Of a stretch of DNA of 64,000 nt, positions 60,100-64,000 are shown piece after piece. The notes below the pieces were generated by a model. That model ran no database searches. It was not told the DNA's origin and worked only from the letters and a program-made list of their open reading frames with translations. Position 1 is the first letter of the stretch. Each line of letters starts with the position of its first letter. This stretch comes from Macrostomum lignano. Lineage: Eukaryota. Position numbers and translations under genes: made by a program. The DNA is taken from assembly GCA_002269645.1 (NCBI GenBank), contig NIVC01001450.1:223257-287256 (forward strand), in the 5' to 3' direction.

Positions 60100-60830
60100 G
60101 ACTATTCATCCCCCACCCTGACTACTCATCCCCCACCCTGACTGCTCATCCCCACCCTGACTGCTCATCCCCACCCTGACTGCTCACCCCCACCCTGACT
60201 GCTCATCCCCCACCCTGACTGCTCACCCCCACCCTGACTGCTCATCACCCATCCTGACTGCTCATCCCCCATCCTGACTGCTCATCCCCCACCCTGACTA
60301 CTCATCCCTACCCTGACTGCTCATCCCCACCCCTGACTGCTCATCCCCACCCTGACTGCTCATCCCCACCCTGACTGCTCATCCCCCATCCTGACTGCTC
60401 ATCCCCCACCCTGACTGCTCATCCCCCACCCTGACTGCTCATCCCCCACCCTGACTGCTCATCCCCACCCTGACTGCTCATCCCCCACCCTGACTGCTCA
60501 TCCCCCACCCTGACTGCTCATCCCCCACCCTGACTGCTCATCCCCCACCCTGACTGCTCATCCCCCACCCTGACTGCTCATCCCCCACCCTGACTGCTCA
60601 TCCCCCACCCTGACTGCTCATCCCCCACCCTGACTGCTCATCCCCATCCTGACTGCTCATCCCCCACCCTGACTGCTCATCCCCCCCCTGACTGCTCATC
60701 CCCCACCCTGACTGCTCATCCCCACCCTGACTGCTCATCCCCCACCCTGACTGCTCACCCCCCACCCTGACTGCTCATCCCCCATCCTGACTGCTCATCC
60801 CCCACCCTGACTGCTCATCCCTCACCCTGA
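60100..60830. repeat. 19-20-bp C-rich minisatellite downstream of the SMAD gene
   Basis: Unit CCCTGACTGCTCATCCCCCA, about 37 copies. Confidence 0.95.
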
Positions 60831-60926
60831 GGCTCGAAATAGCTCCACTTTAGACACCCGTACCCCGCTCCAACCGGCCAATCAGCACGCGAGCACAGTG
60901 AGCTCACCACGACAGTCCGGTGCTCA

Positions 60927-62070
<1,144 letters not shown>

Positions 62071-62699
62071 CCAGCCAATGTAACAGCCCCAGCCCGTCAG
62101 CCCAGCTGCAAACCTGCGGGTCTGCTCCACGGTGAGGCTGCGGTTCACATTGGACAGCAGGCCCAGGCAGAAGCGTTCCGGCCGCTCGGGTCCGTGCCGC
62201 CGTCCACGGTGATGAACTGGGAGGAGGCATGGTAGGCGTCGCCGACCCTGCCGCCAGCTCATAGTAGTGAACGGAGCACCAGTGCTCAGGCTCGGTGTAG
62301 TGCACGCTGTACAGCGGCTGCTGCGGCTGCTGCTGCACCTGGCAGGCAGCTGCTGCTGAGGCGGGCTCAGCGCGCCTATTCGGCCGCCCTCGGAGCCGGC
62401 ACCGTCGTTGTCCTCGCTCATGTACACGCTGGGCGACGCGGCGTTCGGGTCGTCGGCGGGACCTCCGGCGCTGCTGGCGCTGCCCATCCCGACTCCGCTG
62501 CTGCCGGCGGGAGTCCCGGGCCGGCAGACCAGCACGGGGTCCTGGGCCGGCGAGCACAGCGGCAGCCGGGTGTAGTGCTGCGGGTTCACGCACAGCTCGG
62601 TCTGCGGGGGCGTTGGATGGGCTGTTTGTGCTCTTTCAACTGAATTTTAATAAGTCAAATGTGCAATTTAAAAGGCTTGAAAGTGTTTCAGGATTAGGG

Positions 62700-62940
62700 T
62701 AAGAATAGAAAATAGGGAGAGTAGATAGGAGATAGGGAGAGAGTAGATAGGGAAATAGGAAGAGTAGATCGGCGGATAGAGAGAGACTAGATACGGAGAT
62801 AGGAGAGAGTAGATAGGGAGATGGGAGACTCAAGAGAGTAGATAGGGAGATAGGGAGAGAGTAGATAGGGAGATGGGAGACTCGAGAGAGTAGATAGGGA
62901 GATAGGAGAGTAGATGGGAGATAGGGAGAGTAGATGACAG
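62700..62940. repeat. AG-rich degenerate repeat (GATAGGGAGAGAGTA-like) in SMAD intron 1
   Basis: Direct reading. Confidence 0.8.
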
Positions 62941-63529
62941 GAACATGAGCGGAACAGCAGTGTAGAAGATCAGCTGCCAGTTGCCGCAGAGCTCAAGCAG
63001 CTGTAGAAGCCGCTCTGCTCACCTGAGTCCGGGCCGTGTAGGGCATCTGGCAGTTTTCAAGCGGCCGCAGCTCTTGAGCGGACTGCAGGTCGGGCCAGCG
63101 CCACAGCCGGCAGGCGGTCACGTGACCAGCTCCGGTCGCCCTGAGCAACCGCAGCTGTGACGCATCCGGAATGCGGGCTGCCTCGCTAACCGCCCGCTCC
63201 AGGGCTTTCACCAGCTCTGGTCGGCGAAGCCGCTTCAACCAGCTGCTTGACCAGCTTCTCGCCCGACACTGAGCCGCTGCCGCTGGCATCGAGGCCCGGA
63301 CTGACAGCGCCAGGCCGCACCAGGCTGACCAGCCGCTTCACCGAGGATGAATGGGGAGCGCCCCGCATTAGGCTGGCTAGGGACTGCGGGAGTCGGTTGC
63401 CATTTTTGTTGTGAATGCTACTGACAGTAGCTAGATGGTTCATGTAGGCAAATTTATCAATCTTTTCCTCAAAAATGTTCTCGTAGAATACATTGGCAAA
63501 AATGCTTTTGTAAAATCACATGAAAAGGC

Positions 63530-63670
63530 CGTTGGCTAAGCTGCTGTCCCTGCCCTCTGATCCTTCAGTGAGCTGCTGCTGTCCCTGCCCTCTGATCCTT
63601 CAGTGAGCTGCTGTCCCTGCCCTCTGATCCTTCAGTGAGCTGCTGTCCCTGCCTCTGATCTTCAGTGAGC
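63530..63670. repeat. ~32-bp tandem repeat, about 4 copies
   Basis: Unit GCTGCTGTCCCTGCCCTCTGATCCTTCAGTGA. Confidence 0.9.
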
Positions 63671-63894
63671 TGCTCTGGAGTCTGCATGGCGTTTTTCCTG
63701 TTAATAGAGGCCGCCTTTCTAACACTTGACATAAAAGACGCGAAAAATGTGTTTTTCACTATGTTAAAAATACCAATGCAAAAACAAAACAGCGAGGACA
63801 TTGTCAAGGTTTGACATGACTAGTTTAAACTTTGAATCTGCAAACCTTCAATGTGCCAGTGCAACAAGGAACTGAATTGCTACTTCGGGATACG

Positions 63895-64000
63895 AGATTT
63901 GCTAGCAGGAAATCTGCTAGCCGAAGTTTGCTAGCGAGAAATTTGCTAGCCGAAATTTGCTAGCCGAAATCTGCTAGCCGAAATCTGCTAGCCGAAATTT
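63895..64000. repeat. 14-bp tandem repeat running off the window edge
   Basis: Unit GCCGAAAT(C/T)TGCTA. Confidence 0.9.

Overview
Eukaryotic genomic DNA, read by eye without tools. GC-rich spliced exons, introns packed with minisatellites and an ankyrin/Mab-21 gene are what I associate with the flatworm Macrostomum lignano; that assignment is inference. I reconstructed ten spliced gene models by checking splice-site phases: carboxypeptidase Q (-), an ankyrin-repeat plus cGAS-like (Mab-21/cGLR) nucleotidyltransferase fusion (+, ~1026 aa), a secreted PAN + fibrinogen-domain protein with a GC-AG intron (+), a KY/hillarin transglutaminase-like protein fused to a complete four-CH fimbrin/plastin core (-, ~1426 aa), a GT32 DXD glycosyltransferase (-), a frameshifted GCC2/GCC3-repeat + lectin-like gene (+), a partial bestrophin (-), a secreted WSC + PAN protein (-), Gemin2 (-) and a SMAD2/3-like gene with four frameshifts (-). 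Between and within them lie two tRNA-derived SINE families (one with a CORE-like domain), hAT-type non-autonomous elements with exact 8-bp target duplications (one nested in another), a foldback element and about twenty tandem-repeat arrays. The best candidates for novelty are the ANK-cGLR receptor and the KY/hillarin-fimbrin fusion. The frameshifts may be assembly errors.
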